From an uncultured Verrucomicrobiae bacterium (lineage in GTDB: Bacteria; Verrucomicrobiota; Verrucomicrobiia; Limisphaerales; Palsa-1400), in the NCBI GenBank assembly GCA_963707025.1, contig CAVPOM010000006.1:737191-801190 (forward strand): a DNA stretch of 64,000 nucleotides. Direction: 5' to 3'. The notes beneath the pieces are model-generated. The model was not told the origin of the DNA. It saw nothing but the letters and a program-made list of their open reading frames with translations, and searched no databases. Shown piece after piece: positions 27,167-38,400 of the stretch (position 1 is the first letter of the stretch; each line of letters begins with the position of its first letter). A program made the position numbers and the translations under genes.

Positions 27167-28474
27167 CTAGAGCAAATTGGCGGCCAGTTCGGCCAGTTCG
27201 GAGCGTTCGCCTTTCTGGAGTTCGATGTGGGCGGAGATGGATTGGTGGCGGAATTTGCTGACGATGTAGTTGAAACCGTTGGAGGTGGAATCCACATAGG
27301 GATTGTCAATCTGGTAAGGGTCGCCGGTGAAGATGATCTTGGTGCCCTGGCCCACCCGGGTGATGATGGTCTTGACCTCCAGGGGCGTGAGGTTCTGCGC
27401 CTCGTCAATGACCATGAATTGGTGGGCGATGCTGCGGCCGCGAATGTAGCTCAGGGCTTCGACCACGATGGTGCCCGAGCGCATCAGGTCGGTGCTGCGC
27501 CGGTGGTCGGTGCCCATGTTCAAATCGCTCAACAATTCCAGCGCGTCGTGAATCGGCTGCATCCACGGATTCAGTTTTTCCTCCAGTGTGCCGGGGAGGA
27601 AACCGATTTCGCGGCCGACGGGGACGGTGGGGCGGGCGACGATCAAGCGGCGGAATTCGCGGTCCATGACGGTGCGCTTGAGACCGGCGGCCATGGCCAG
27701 GAGGGTTTTGCCGGTGCCGGCCTTGCCCATGAGGGTGACCAGTTTGATGCGGTCGTCGAGCAAGGCGTCGAAGGCGAAATGCTGCTCGCGGTTGCGCGGC
27801 TTGATGCCCCAGATGCCTTCGCGGCAATCGAGGATGGGGACCAGTTTGGCGGCGGCCTGGTCCACCTTGGCCAGGGCGGTGCGCTTGGGGTTGGTTTCCT
27901 CGGTCAAGGTGCAGAATTCGTTGGGGGAGAATTTGCCGTGGCCGTTGAGGTCCAGTTCGCCCTCGGCGCGGAACCGGGCCATTTTATCGGCGGGGATGTT
28001 GAGATCGAACATGCCGGTGTAGAGGTCGGTGAGAGGAACACGGTCGCTTTCGTAGTCTTCGGCCTCCAGGCCGACGATGTCGGCCTTGAGGCGGAGGTTG
28101 ACGTCCTTGGAGACGAGGATGGCGGGGATTTTCGGCTCGGCCTTTTGGATGGCGAGGGCGAGATTGAGGATGCGGTTATCAACACTATTATTGCCAAAGA
28201 CCGAATCGGGGTCGTCGCCCCGGCCGTGAAAGATGATGCGGAGTTTGCCGCCGTTTTCCAGCCGGACCCCCTTGTTGAGGTGGCCTTTGGCGCGCAGGGC
28301 GTCCAGGGAGCGGGACACGGTGCGGGCATTCTGGCCCAGCTCGGTGGATTCGCGTTTGAAGCGGTCCACCTCCTCGATCACCTCGATGGGGATGAGAACG
28401 GCGTTGTCCTTGAAGCAAAGGAGGGAATGGGGGTCGTGCAGGAGGACATTGGTGTCAAGAATGTAATTTTTCAC
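27167..28474 (-). CDS. PIN domain + PhoH-like ATPase (YlaK family)
   Basis: GTG start at 28474 gives (M)KNYILDTNVLLHDP (PIN). PhoH P-loop MGKAGTGKTLLAMAAG and a C-terminal PhoH block (FMVIDEAQNLTP...GDPYQIDNPY). The longer ORF 27167..28606 has a non-homologous N-terminus. Confidence 0.85.
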   Translation of the reverse strand: MKNYILDTNVLLHDPHSLLCFKDNAVLIPIEVIEEVDRFKRESTELGQNARTVSRSLDALRAKGHLNKGVRLENGGKLRIIFHGRGDDPDSVFGNNSVDNRILNLALAIQKAEPKIPAILVSKDVNLRLKADIVGLEAEDYESDRVPLTDLYTGMFDLNIPADKMARFRAEGELDLNGHGKFSPNEFCTLTEETNPKRTALAKVDQAAAKLVPILDCREGIWGIKPRNREQHFAFDALLDDRIKLVTLMGKAGTGKTLLAMAAGLKRTVMDREFRRLIVARPTVPVGREIGFLPGTLEEKLNPWMQPIHDALELLSDLNMGTDHRRSTDLMRSGTIVVEALSYIRGRSIAHQFMVIDEAQNLTPLEVKTIITRVGQGTKIIFTGDPYQIDNPYVDSTSNGFNYIVSKFRHQSISAHIELQKGERSELAELAANLL

Positions 28475-29138
28475 GGTTCGGAACGGTTTTGCCGGCCTTG
28501 GACATGCGCCCGTGCCATTCGTGCAAGCGCCCGTGCGGGGCGGGCAGTTGGTAGTGCCCGGAATAAAGGAAGCAGGCCAGCATCCCCCAGAGGTCGAAAT
28601 CCACAAAGTGCGGTTCGTCGCGCAAGAGGAAGGGCCTGGTGGCCAGCATCAACTCAAAGGGAACCAGGTTCTGGGTGAGCTGCTCGATCCAGGACAATTG
28701 CTGGGCGCGCCATTGTTCCAGGCAGCCGCGGCCAAACTTGCGCTCCTTGTGCCGCCGGTAGGCCAGTCGTTCCGCCGGGGGCACCATTTCCTCAAAATAA
28801 ATGTCGTTGAGCCGGAAGCACGGGCCTTCGATCTGGTCTTCGATGTTGCGCCAGACCAGGCGGTCAATGCCCTGCCAGGGCTTGGGGAACAGATTGAGCT
28901 GGAACTTGGCGTCCAGGTACTTGGCGATGATTTGGGAAAAGTCGTCGGTTTCAAATACCACCGTGTGGCCATCCTTGATGATGGGCACCCCGTAATAGCG
29001 CTGCCGGCTGAGCCGCCAGACGCGGGAGCGGTCGGAAGGCGCGATATTGGTCGTTTTGAACGGCATGCCGGAGTATTCCAGGATGCGGCGCTGGACCAGA
29101 CAGAACGGGCTCCATGGAAATTGGATAAGTTCGATCAT
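28455..29138 (-). CDS. Glutathione S-transferase / glutaredoxin-fold family protein
   Basis: 227-aa ORF with a thioredoxin-like N-terminus (MIELIQFPWSPFCLVQRRILEYSGMPF...YGVPIIKDG). Confidence 0.6.
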   Translation of the reverse strand: MIELIQFPWSPFCLVQRRILEYSGMPFKTTNIAPSDRSRVWRLSRQRYYGVPIIKDGHTVVFETDDFSQIIAKYLDAKFQLNLFPKPWQGIDRLVWRNIEDQIEGPCFRLNDIYFEEMVPPAERLAYRRHKERKFGRGCLEQWRAQQLSWIEQLTQNLVPFELMLATRPFLLRDEPHFVDFDLWGMLACFLYSGHYQLPAPHGRLHEWHGRMSKAGKTVPNREKLHS

Positions 29139-29413
29139 CTCTGTGGGCTAAACCACCCGGTCAGACTAACGGCGCGCGGCGGCCCTTGCAAGAAAAGTTT
29201 GGGCGTAAAGTCCGGTGCCCGCATCCGGGACGGCTTGCCTGGGAGCGGGACCGTCCTCCCGCCGCTGGCAACCAGGGTCTGACACCGGCCAGCTCCCGAT
29301 TCTCAGTAAATTTCAGTTGATTTCAGGCCTGACCTGCCCAAAAATCCGATCCTCTCAGCGCCGCCATAGTCAAGAATCATGCAACGCCAACCAGATGCTC
29401 AGTCCGCCGTTTT

Positions 29414-30415
29414 ATGGGAACCGCACCAATGAGCCAGCCCAGCCGCATCTCCTTTGCCATGCTTCCGCTGATTCTGGTATTGACTGGATGGCTGCACATG
29501 GGCGCGCTGCTGCTCTCGGTGTTGTTTTCCTATTTTGCCATCGCCAAGCTGGATTTCCTCAAGCCCCGGGGCAAATGGCTGGCGGTGGCCCTGTTTCTGG
29601 CGCTGCTGGCCGGTCTGGCCTACGGGCTGACCTATTTTATCCAGGCCACCGTCCAGGCCCTGCCCAACATTGCGGAGAAGGCGGTGCCCGCCATCATGCA
29701 ATGGGCCTCCGACCACAAGATCAAGCTGCCGTTCACCGATCTGGACAGCTTGAAGGACCGGGCCTTCGAGTTCGCGCGCAGCCAGGCGAGCAATCTGGGC
29801 AAGTTCGCCGACTTCGCGCGCGGGGCCACCACGCAGTTTGTCTATTTGGTGGTTGGCTGCCTGGTGGCCATCGGATTGTTTCTCAATCCGCGGCTGGAAC
29901 ACGGTGACCCCGCCGGCGCGCCCGTCCCCAACTTGTACTCCCTGTGTTGCGAAGAAATCAGCCGGCGTTTCGCCACCTTTTACCGCAGCTTTGACATCGT
30001 CATGAACGCCCAGGTCGCCATCTCCGCCATTGACGCGGTGCTGACGGGCATCTTCATGGCCTGCCAGGGCCTGCCCCACCTGGTGGTCGCGGTCGGAGTC
30101 ACCTTTCTTTGCGGCCTGATTCCGGTGGTGGGCAATCTGGTGAGCAACACCCTGGTGGTGGCGGTTGGGTTCATGGTTTCCCCGGCCAAGGGATTGTGGG
30201 CCCTGGCTTTTTTGGTCTTCATCCACCAATTGGAATACCTCCTGCGCAGCAAAATCATCGGCGCCAAAACCCGCACCTCCCTCTGGCTGACGCTGCTGGC
30301 TTTGTTGCTGGGCGAAAGGCTCATGGGCATCACCGGCATGATGCTCGCCCCGGCCGTGCTGCATTACATTCGCATCGAAGCCTCGATAATCACAGTCAAT
30401 CCTAATAATGGCTGA
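29414..30415 (+). CDS. AI-2E (PerM/UPF0118) family transporter
   Basis: 333-aa polytopic ORF with the conserved C-terminal block FLCGLIPVVGNLVSNTLVV...LLGERLMGITGMMLAPAV. Confidence 0.8.
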   Translation: MGTAPMSQPSRISFAMLPLILVLTGWLHMGALLLSVLFSYFAIAKLDFLKPRGKWLAVALFLALLAGLAYGLTYFIQATVQALPNIAEKAVPAIMQWASDHKIKLPFTDLDSLKDRAFEFARSQASNLGKFADFARGATTQFVYLVVGCLVAIGLFLNPRLEHGDPAGAPVPNLYSLCCEEISRRFATFYRSFDIVMNAQVAISAIDAVLTGIFMACQGLPHLVVAVGVTFLCGLIPVVGNLVSNTLVVAVGFMVSPAKGLWALAFLVFIHQLEYLLRSKIIGAKTRTSLWLTLLALLLGERLMGITGMMLAPAVLHYIRIEASIITVNPNNG

Positions 30416-30500
30416 GCGCGGGCGGAGCCGCCCCTGGCTTTCCCGGCCGCCCGGCAAAATTTGACTTTGAATCGCGGGGCGGAAAGTCCATTGTGCGCGC

Positions 30501-32091
30501 ATGGAAGCGGTTGATCAGTTGGACGAAATCCTGAGTTGCCGGCTGGACGCCGGCCGCAGAACGGTCGAGCCTTGCACCATGGTCATCTTCGGCGCCAGCG
30601 GCGATTTGACCGCGCGCAAACTCATCCCCGCGCTCTACCATCTCTGCGCCGAAAGTCAGATGCCCAATCCTTTCCGCATCGTCGGCTTCGCCCGGCGCGA
30701 CAAAACCAGACGAATCCTGGCGGGAGGAATTGCGCCAGGCCACTAGTTTTCCCGCACCCAGCCGGTGGACGAGGCCGCCCAATGGGAGGCCTTCGCGCCC
30801 AATCTGTTTTATTGCCCGGGCGAGTTTGGCGATGCCGCGGCTTACCAAAAGCTGCGCGCGCAACTGGACGGATTCGGCAGCGAGCCGTTGCGCCGCAACC
30901 TGGTTTTTTATCTGGCCACCTCACCCAGCCAGTTCGGCGAAGTGGCCGAGCAACTGCACGAGGCCGGACTGCTGGCGCGCCACGACGGGGAGGGCAGCGG
31001 CCCGCGGCTCGTGGTGGAGAAACCCTTCGGCCACGACCTGGCCTCGGCCCAGGCGCTGAACCGCGAATTGACGCGCTTCGCCCACGAAAAACAGGTTTGC
31101 CGCATTGACCATTACCTCGGCAAGGAGACGGTGCAGAACATTTTGATGTTCCGCTTTTCCAATTCCATTTTCGAGCAGCTCTGGAACCGCAATTCCGTGG
31201 ACCACGTGCAGATCACCGTCAGCGAAAAACTCGGCGTGGGCGACCGCGGCGGCTATTACGAGGAAGCCGGCGCGCTGCGCGACATGGTGCAAAACCACAT
31301 GCTGCAGGTCCTGTCGCTGGTGGCGATGGAACCGCCCGTGTCGCTGGAAGCCGAATCCGTCCGCGACGAAAAGGTGAAGCTGCTCAAATCCATCCGCGCG
31401 CTTCGACGCCGGACAGACGTGCGCGCGGCAGGTCGTGCGCGGCCAATATTTCGCCGGCACGATCAATGGACGAAGCCGGTGCCCGGCTACCGGCAGGAAC
31501 CCAAGGTGAAGCCGGATTCCAATGTGGAAACCTACGTCGCGCTTGAAGCTGTTCATTGACAACTGGCGCTGGTCGGGCGTGCCGTTTTATCTGCGCACCG
31601 GCAAATACCTGCCGCATGAGCGCCAGCGAGGTGCGCATCCAATTTCGTCCCACGCCGCACGTCCTGTTCGCCGCGCAATGCGGGCAGAACCTCGACGCCA
31701 ATGCCCTCACGCTGCGCCTCCAGCCGAACGAGGGGATTTATCTGCGGTTCAACGGCAAGGTGCCCGGCATGAGCCTGGGCGTGCGGCCCGGTGCGGATGC
31801 ATTTCAGCTACGACGCCGAATTCGGCGCTTACACGCCCGAAGCTTACGAACGGCTGCTGCTGGAAGCCATCGCCGGCGACGCGACGCTCTTCATCCGCCG
31901 CGACGAGGTGGAGACCGCGTGGCAGAATCGTGGACTCCATCCGCCAGGGCTGGGATGGCAAGCCGCTGACGAACCGCGAATTTTACGCCGCCGGCACCTG
32001 GGGTCCGGTGGCCGCCGACGAAATGCTGGCCGGGCGCAACCACAAGTGGCGGATGACCTCCGACGTTTCAGCCGCTCCCAAGGCGGGCTGA
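30501..32091 (+). pseudogene. zwf: Glucose-6-phosphate 1-dehydrogenase, at least 5-6 frame changes
   Basis: Fragments: [19 protein letters not shown]; RIDHYLGKETVQNILMFRFSN (active-site block); EEAGALRDMVQNHMLQVL; [14 protein letters not shown]; [19 protein letters not shown]; [19 protein letters not shown]. They are distributed over all three + frames. Confidence 0.9.
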
Positions 32092-32186
32092 GCCGCCCGG
32101 CCGTCGTCGCGCCGCGAAATGGCCGGGGAAGACGCGGGAAGATTTGCGGCTGAAAAATTGATAGAACTTTGAATTGAAGACAGCGT

Positions 32187-32933
32187 ATGAAGAACCTTGA
32201 AGTGATCCACCTTGCCAGCAGCGTTGAACTGGCCGAAACCGCGGCCAAAGACTGGCTGAATTTGATCCCCGGCTCGCCTTCCGCGCATTTGGTGGCGCTG
32301 GCCGGGGGCCGCATTGCCAGCACTTTTTTTGACGCCGTGACCGAGCATGCCGTCGCCTCCGATGTTTCCTTCGACCACGTCCATTTCTTCTGGTCCGATG
32401 AACGTTGCGTTCCGCCGGACCATCGCGACAGCAATTTCCGCATCGCCTACAAAGAGTTGCTCGGCCCTCTGGGCATTTGCCAGGATAGAATCCACCGCAT
32501 CAAAGGCGAATTGAAGCCGGCCCAGGCCGTGACCGAGGCCAACACCGCCATCGGCCTGGTCGCCCCCGCCAACAGTTCGGGCCTGCCCGTGCTGGATTTG
32601 GTCTTTCTCGGCATGGGCGAAGACGGGCACGTCGCCTCGCTCTTCCCCAATGCGCCGGCCTCTGTCATCGAAAGCGAAGCGCCCTACCTGGCCGTGCGCA
32701 GTTCCAGCAAGCCGCCGCCCTTGCGCATCAGCCTGAGCTACGCCGCCATTGCCGCGGCCAGGCAGGTCTGGGTTCTGGTGGCCGGGGCGGGCAAGGAAGA
32801 AGTATTCCTCCAATCCCTGCGTCCCGGTGGCAAGACCCCGTTGGCGCACATCGTGCAATCGCGTCGTCAAACCCGGATCTATACAGACATTGCCGCCGAA
32901 CCGTCCGCGCGTCAGCCGGAGGCAAGGAGATAA
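32187..32933 (+). CDS. pgl: 6-phosphogluconolactonase
   Basis: Intact 248-aa ORF with LAGGRIAS, FFWSDERCVPPDHRDSNF and FLGMGEDGHVASLFP. Confidence 0.85.
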   Translation: MKNLEVIHLASSVELAETAAKDWLNLIPGSPSAHLVALAGGRIASTFFDAVTEHAVASDVSFDHVHFFWSDERCVPPDHRDSNFRIAYKELLGPLGICQDRIHRIKGELKPAQAVTEANTAIGLVAPANSSGLPVLDLVFLGMGEDGHVASLFPNAPASVIESEAPYLAVRSSSKPPPLRISLSYAAIAAARQVWVLVAGAGKEEVFLQSLRPGGKTPLAHIVQSRRQTRIYTDIAAEPSARQPEARR

Positions 32934-33213
32934 ACAAACCGCGATCAATGTGGCATTACCGGGGCGGCGGGGCGGCGCCACAGCACCACTCGACAGGATA
33001 AGGCAACGATTAGCCAAAACTTCTCGTTCCCGACGCCAATTCTGTCAAATTTGCCGTCCGCAAATCCAGCAGGGCCGATGGTTAAAAAGAGCCACTCTGC
33101 TAAATTCGCCTCAGCAGAGGCAGGAGCAGGCCGGCTGTTTGGCCCGTAATCTCCTGTGCCTAAATCATTACTACCCATGTTGTTAGAAAGTTGTAAGAGT
33201 TTTTCCAACCCGT

Positions 33214-33229
33214 TGGCATTGAGCTTGCT
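33214..33229 (+). promoter_or_regulatory. Sigma-54 (-24/-12) type promoter
   Basis: TGGCAT-tgagc-TTGCT matches the consensus TGGCAC-N5-TTGCW at 10 of 11 positions with exact spacing. It lies 139 nt upstream of the glnB start. Confidence 0.55.
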
Positions 33230-33349
33230 AGACGGTTCCCATGCCCGATTTCTGATGCGCCTTGTCAGGCAGCCGTAGGCGGGTTTATGCCGGTGAAAGA
33301 GGGGTGATGCCGTCGTCCCGTCCGACAGCGGCCGGGCGCGCGACCGTGA

Positions 33350-33706
<357 letters not shown>

Positions 33707-33732
33707 ACCCAATCCATCCATCCCAAAATCAA

Positions 33733-35262
33733 ATGAATCGAAACCTGAAAAAATCCTGGCTCTGCTTGACACTGCTGGCCTGCCTTTGCGCCAGCCCACT
33801 GGCCGTGCGCGCGGGCGAGGGCGCCCCGCCCAAAAAACTGGCCGAACCGACCGTCGAACAGCGCCTGGAAGACTTGGAAGCCTATATTAACAACGCCGGA
33901 CGACAGGCCGACACCGCCAGCAACAACGTCAGTTCCAAACTGGGCACCTACGACGAGAAGGCCAACACTTTCACCGCCAACCCCGGCCCGGGCCACAACG
34001 CCTGGCAGATGACTTCGGCCGCCTTGGTCCTGTTCATGACCCTGCCCGGACTGGCCCTTTTCTACGGCGGTTTGGTGCGGCGCAAGAATGTCCTCTCCGT
34101 CATCGCGCAATGCTTCTTCATCACGGGCCTGGTCACCATTCTGTGGTGGCTTTGCGGGTATAGCATGGCGTTTGCCTCGGGCAACACCAACAGCGGATAT
34201 TCGATGTGGGGCAGCCTCACCAAATACGCTTTCTTCAATGGTGTGGATTCCAGCCCGAATACCGATTACTCGGCGTGGGTTTCGCACAACGTCTATGCCA
34301 TTTACCAACTGATGTTTGCCATCATCACCCCGGCGCTGATTATCGGCGCCATTGCCGAGCGCATGAAGTTCTCGGCCATCTGCCTGTTTATGACGCTGTG
34401 GATGTTCATCGTCTATTTCCCGCAAGCCCACATGATCTGGGGCGTGGATGGGATGATGAACGGGGTGTCCAACGCCAAAGCCAGCATTCACGCCATTGAT
34501 TTCGCCGGCGGCACGGTCGTCCACATGACCTCCGGCTGGTCGGCGCTGATTCTGTGCCTGATCCTGGGCAAACGACTGGGCTGGGGCAAAACCAACTTCG
34601 CCCCGCATAGCATGGTGCTGTGCTTCGTCGGCACGGGCATGCTCTGGGTCGGCTGGTACGGCTTCAATGCCGGCAGCGCCGTGGCCGCCAACGTCATCGC
34701 CGCCAACGCCTTCACCACCACCACCCTGGCCACCGCTGTCGCCTCCTTCACATGGCCGATGATGGAATGGATTGTCCGGGGCAAACCGAGCGTGCTCGGC
34801 TTCTGCTCCGGCGCCGTGGCGGGCCTGGTAGTGATCACGCCGGCCTGCGGATTCGTCACGGCCAGCGGCGCGGTCCTCATCGGCATCGCCGCCGGTGTGA
34901 TACCCTGGTTCTTCTGCTACAAAGTGAAAAGATGGTTTGGCTATGACGATGCGCTGGACACCTTCGGCGTCCACGCCATCGGCGGAACCCTCGGCGCGCT
35001 CATGACCGGCATGCTGGCCAGAAACAGCGCCAATGGGAATCTGGCCAACAACCTGAAGGCTTACGTCACGGATTCCTACTTTCAGCCGCTGGTGGGCCAG
35101 CAACTCAAGGCCATCGGCGTGACGCTCCTGCTCGCCACCGTGGGCACGACGGTCATCGCCTGCATCGTCAAATTCACCATCGGTCTGCGGCCGAGCGAAG
35201 AAGAGGAAACGCAGGGGCTGGACCTCTCCGGCCACGACGAAGAAGGCTACTCCTCCAGCTAA
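33733..35262 (+). CDS. amtB: Ammonium transporter (Amt family) with signal peptide
   Basis: 509-aa ORF with FAGGTVVHMTSGWSAL, GWYGFNAGSA and DDALDTFGVHAIGG. Confidence 0.95.
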   Translation: MNRNLKKSWLCLTLLACLCASPLAVRAGEGAPPKKLAEPTVEQRLEDLEAYINNAGRQADTASNNVSSKLGTYDEKANTFTANPGPGHNAWQMTSAALVLFMTLPGLALFYGGLVRRKNVLSVIAQCFFITGLVTILWWLCGYSMAFASGNTNSGYSMWGSLTKYAFFNGVDSSPNTDYSAWVSHNVYAIYQLMFAIITPALIIGAIAERMKFSAICLFMTLWMFIVYFPQAHMIWGVDGMMNGVSNAKASIHAIDFAGGTVVHMTSGWSALILCLILGKRLGWGKTNFAPHSMVLCFVGTGMLWVGWYGFNAGSAVAANVIAANAFTTTTLATAVASFTWPMMEWIVRGKPSVLGFCSGAVAGLVVITPACGFVTASGAVLIGIAAGVIPWFFCYKVKRWFGYDDALDTFGVHAIGGTLGALMTGMLARNSANGNLANNLKAYVTDSYFQPLVGQQLKAIGVTLLLATVGTTVIACIVKFTIGLRPSEEEETQGLDLSGHDEEGYSSS

Positions 35263-35273
35263 TTCGCGGAGTG

Positions 35274-35297
35274 GCCGGCGGCATGGACCGGCTTTTT
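35274..35297 (+). terminator. Possible weak rho-independent terminator after amtB
   Basis: gccgg-(9 nt loop)-ccggc followed by TTTTT, 12 nt after the amtB stop. The stem is only 5 bp. Confidence 0.35.
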
Positions 35298-35484
35298 GGA
35301 TGTATCACCTGGTCGCAGGAATCGGCGCGGGCCTCCCGGCTCGCGCCGATTTGTCTGGCGCAGGGAAGCGAAGCCCCGTTTCGATTCCCCGGCCTTTTGC
35401 ACAGATCTGCTGCGCCGCACCTGAAACATTTCGCCTTGCCCTTTTTGGGCTGTTTTTTTCGCATTGAAGGTTGAATGATCCGAT

Positions 35485-38400
35485 TTGCCCATGCCTGAGC
35501 CATCTGAACGCGAAATTGAAGTTTTCAACGCGGCGCTGGAATTGCCGGCCGCGGAGCGAGGCGCTTACCTCGACCAGGTCTGCGCTGGCGACGCCGCTCT
35601 GCGTGGGCGCGTCGAGGAACTCCTTCAGGCTGGCGACAAAGCGGGCACCTTCCTCCAAAGCCCGGCCGCCGTTCCCCCAGGACCGGGCGGAACCATACGG
35701 CTCGCGCTGACTCCCGCCGAGAAACCTGGCGACCGGATTGGCCGCTACAAATTGCTCCAACAAATCGGCGAAGGCGGCTGCGGCATGGTCTATATGGCCG
35801 AGCAGGAAGAGCCAGTGCAGCGGCGGGTGGCACTGAAGGTGATCAAGCTGGGGATGGACACCAAGAGTGTCATTGCCCGGTTCGAGGCGGAGCGGCAGGC
35901 GCTGGCCTTGATGGATCATCCGAATATTGCCAAGGTGTTGGACGCGGGCGCGACGGAAACGGGACGCCCGTATTTCGTCATGGAACTGGTGCGCGGCATC
36001 AAGATCACGGATTACTGCGACCAGAACAATCTCTCCACCCAGGAACGGCTGGAGCTTTTCATGCAGGTTTGCCGCGCCATTCAGCACGCGCACCAGAAAG
36101 GCATCATTCACCGGGACATCAAACCGTCGAACATTCTGGTGACGATGGACGACGGCGTCGCCCGTGCCCAAGGTGATTGATTTCGGCATTGCCAAAGCGA
36201 CGCACGGCAAATTGACCGATCAAACCCTTTTCACCGCCTTCGAGCAATTCATCGGCACCCCTGCCTACATGAGTCCGGAGCAGGCCGAGATGAGCGCACT
36301 GGATATTGACACGCGCAGCGACATCTACAGCCTCGGCGTGCTGCTTTACGAACTGCTGACCGGCCAGACCCCGTTTGACGCCAAAGAACTGCTGCAAGCT
36401 GGCCTGGATGAAATCCGCCGCACGATACGTGAGCAGGAACCAGCGCGTCCCTCGACCTGCTTGAGCACGATGCTGGGTGCTGACCTGACCGCGGTCGCCA
36501 AACACCGGAAATCCGAGCCGCCTAAGTTGATTCATTTGGTGCGGGGCGACCTGGACTGGATCGTGATGAAGGCGCTGGAGAAGGACCGCACGCGCCGTTA
36601 CGAAACGGCCAACGGTCTGGCGATGGACATCCAGCGTCATTTGAGCAACGAACCGGTGGTGGCGCGCCCGCCCAGCGCCGCCTACAAATTTCAGAAAGCA
36701 TTTCGCCGCAACAAGCTTATGTTTGCTGCTGGGACGGCGGTGCTCATCGCCTTGGTCGCCGGTTTGGGTTTGGCCGCCATCGGCTGGCATCAGACGCGCC
36801 TTGAAAGGGACAAGGCAGTTCAGGCTCGGGCAGAAGAAGAGGAGCAGCGGAAGGCAGCGCAGTTGGCAGAGAAGGCGGAACAAGCCAGTGAGAAGGAACG
36901 GGGAAGCCTGCGGAGCGTCAATTGGGCGCTGGAAACGGCGGTGCCGGAAATCGAGCAGTTACTCGACAAGGATGATTACACGGGCGCCTTTAAACTGGTC
37001 GAGCAAGCCCGGCCCTTCATGGAAGACAACGCCAGGTTCCAGGCGCTGTCGGCGCGGGTCGTCGGCGCGATCTCGGTCGAGACCACGCCCCCGGGCGCCC
37101 AAGTCTTCATCAGGGATTACAAAGACCTCAGCCCTAATTGGGAGCCTGTCGGCAAGTCTCCCCTCAACGAAATGAGGGTGTCTCAGGGCTTCAAGCGTTG
37201 GAAAATCACGCTGCCCGGATACGAAGTGGCGGAGGGCGCCCTGCCCGCCGGTCCAAAGACCGTTGAGCTCAAGGTTGATTTGGACAAGATTGGAACCATT
37301 CCTCCTGATATGGTGCGGATTAAGGGAGGACGACTTACCCCTAACCTGCAACATCTCGATCGCCAGGCAATGCCGGCGATGAACGTGTCCGAATTTCTGC
37401 TGGACCGATATGAGGTGTCCAATCGGCGCTATCGAGATTTCGTCCAAGCCGGTGGTTACCGGAAGCCGGAGTACTGGAAACATAAGTTCGTCAAGGACGG
37501 TGTGGAACTCAATTGGCCGGCGGCGATGAAGCTGTTCGTGGATCAGACGGGTCAGCCCGGCCCCGCCACTTGGGAAAACGGGGACTTCCCGAAAGGCCAG
37601 GAGGACTACCCGGTCGCCGGCGTCAGTTGGTACGAGGCTGCCGCCTACGCCGAGTTCGCCGGCAAGCGCCTGCCCAGCATTTACCATTGGAGCTTGGCGG
37701 CCGTAAATCCAAATAATCATGAGCCCAGTTTCATCATCCCTCTAAGCAACTTTGGAGGGAAGGGTCCGGCACCCGTCGGGACCTTCCAGGGAATAACCCG
37801 CCAGGGAGTGTATGACATGGCGGGAAATGTCAAAGCCTGGTGCTTCAATGAGTGTCCTGACGGCTACCGAATCATGACCGGAGGCGCCTGGAATGAACCG
37901 CAGTACCTGTTTAACTATGCCGATAAGTACCCGCCAACTTTCCGCTCGGCGAATTTTGGGTTCCGCTGCATGAAACCGCTCACGGACGACGCTGATTGGG
38001 AGCAGGCGGCTGGTCCGGTTCCCTGGCTTCCTCTTCCAGTCCTGGGCGACCAAAAGCCCTGCTCGGACGAAGTATTCCAAGCCTATCTGAGCTTATATAA
38101 GTACGATAAATCAGAATTACAACCTGCGATCGAGGCCACCGAAGACCTGGGCATCTATACAAGGCGGGAAAAAGTCGCTTTCAATGCGGCCTCTGGCAAC
38201 GAAAGGATGAACGCCTACCTTTATCTCCCCCGCACCGGCAAACCGCCTTTCCAGACCGTGATCTACTTTCCTGGAGCCAACGCCGCGATGGTCTCGTCCT
38301 TTAGTGACACTGACGGAATGCCCGAGCTTTTTGAAAAGCACACGAGGAACGGCCGTGCATTTGTCATTCCTGTTCTGCAGGGAGACTTCGAAAGGAAATC

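Noticed and set aside
27029-28678. 549-aa plus-strand ORF
   Set aside because: It is antisense to the well-supported PIN-PhoH gene. Its Gly/Ala/Val/Asp-rich low-complexity translation has no recognisable motif, which is typical of a high-GC shadow ORF.
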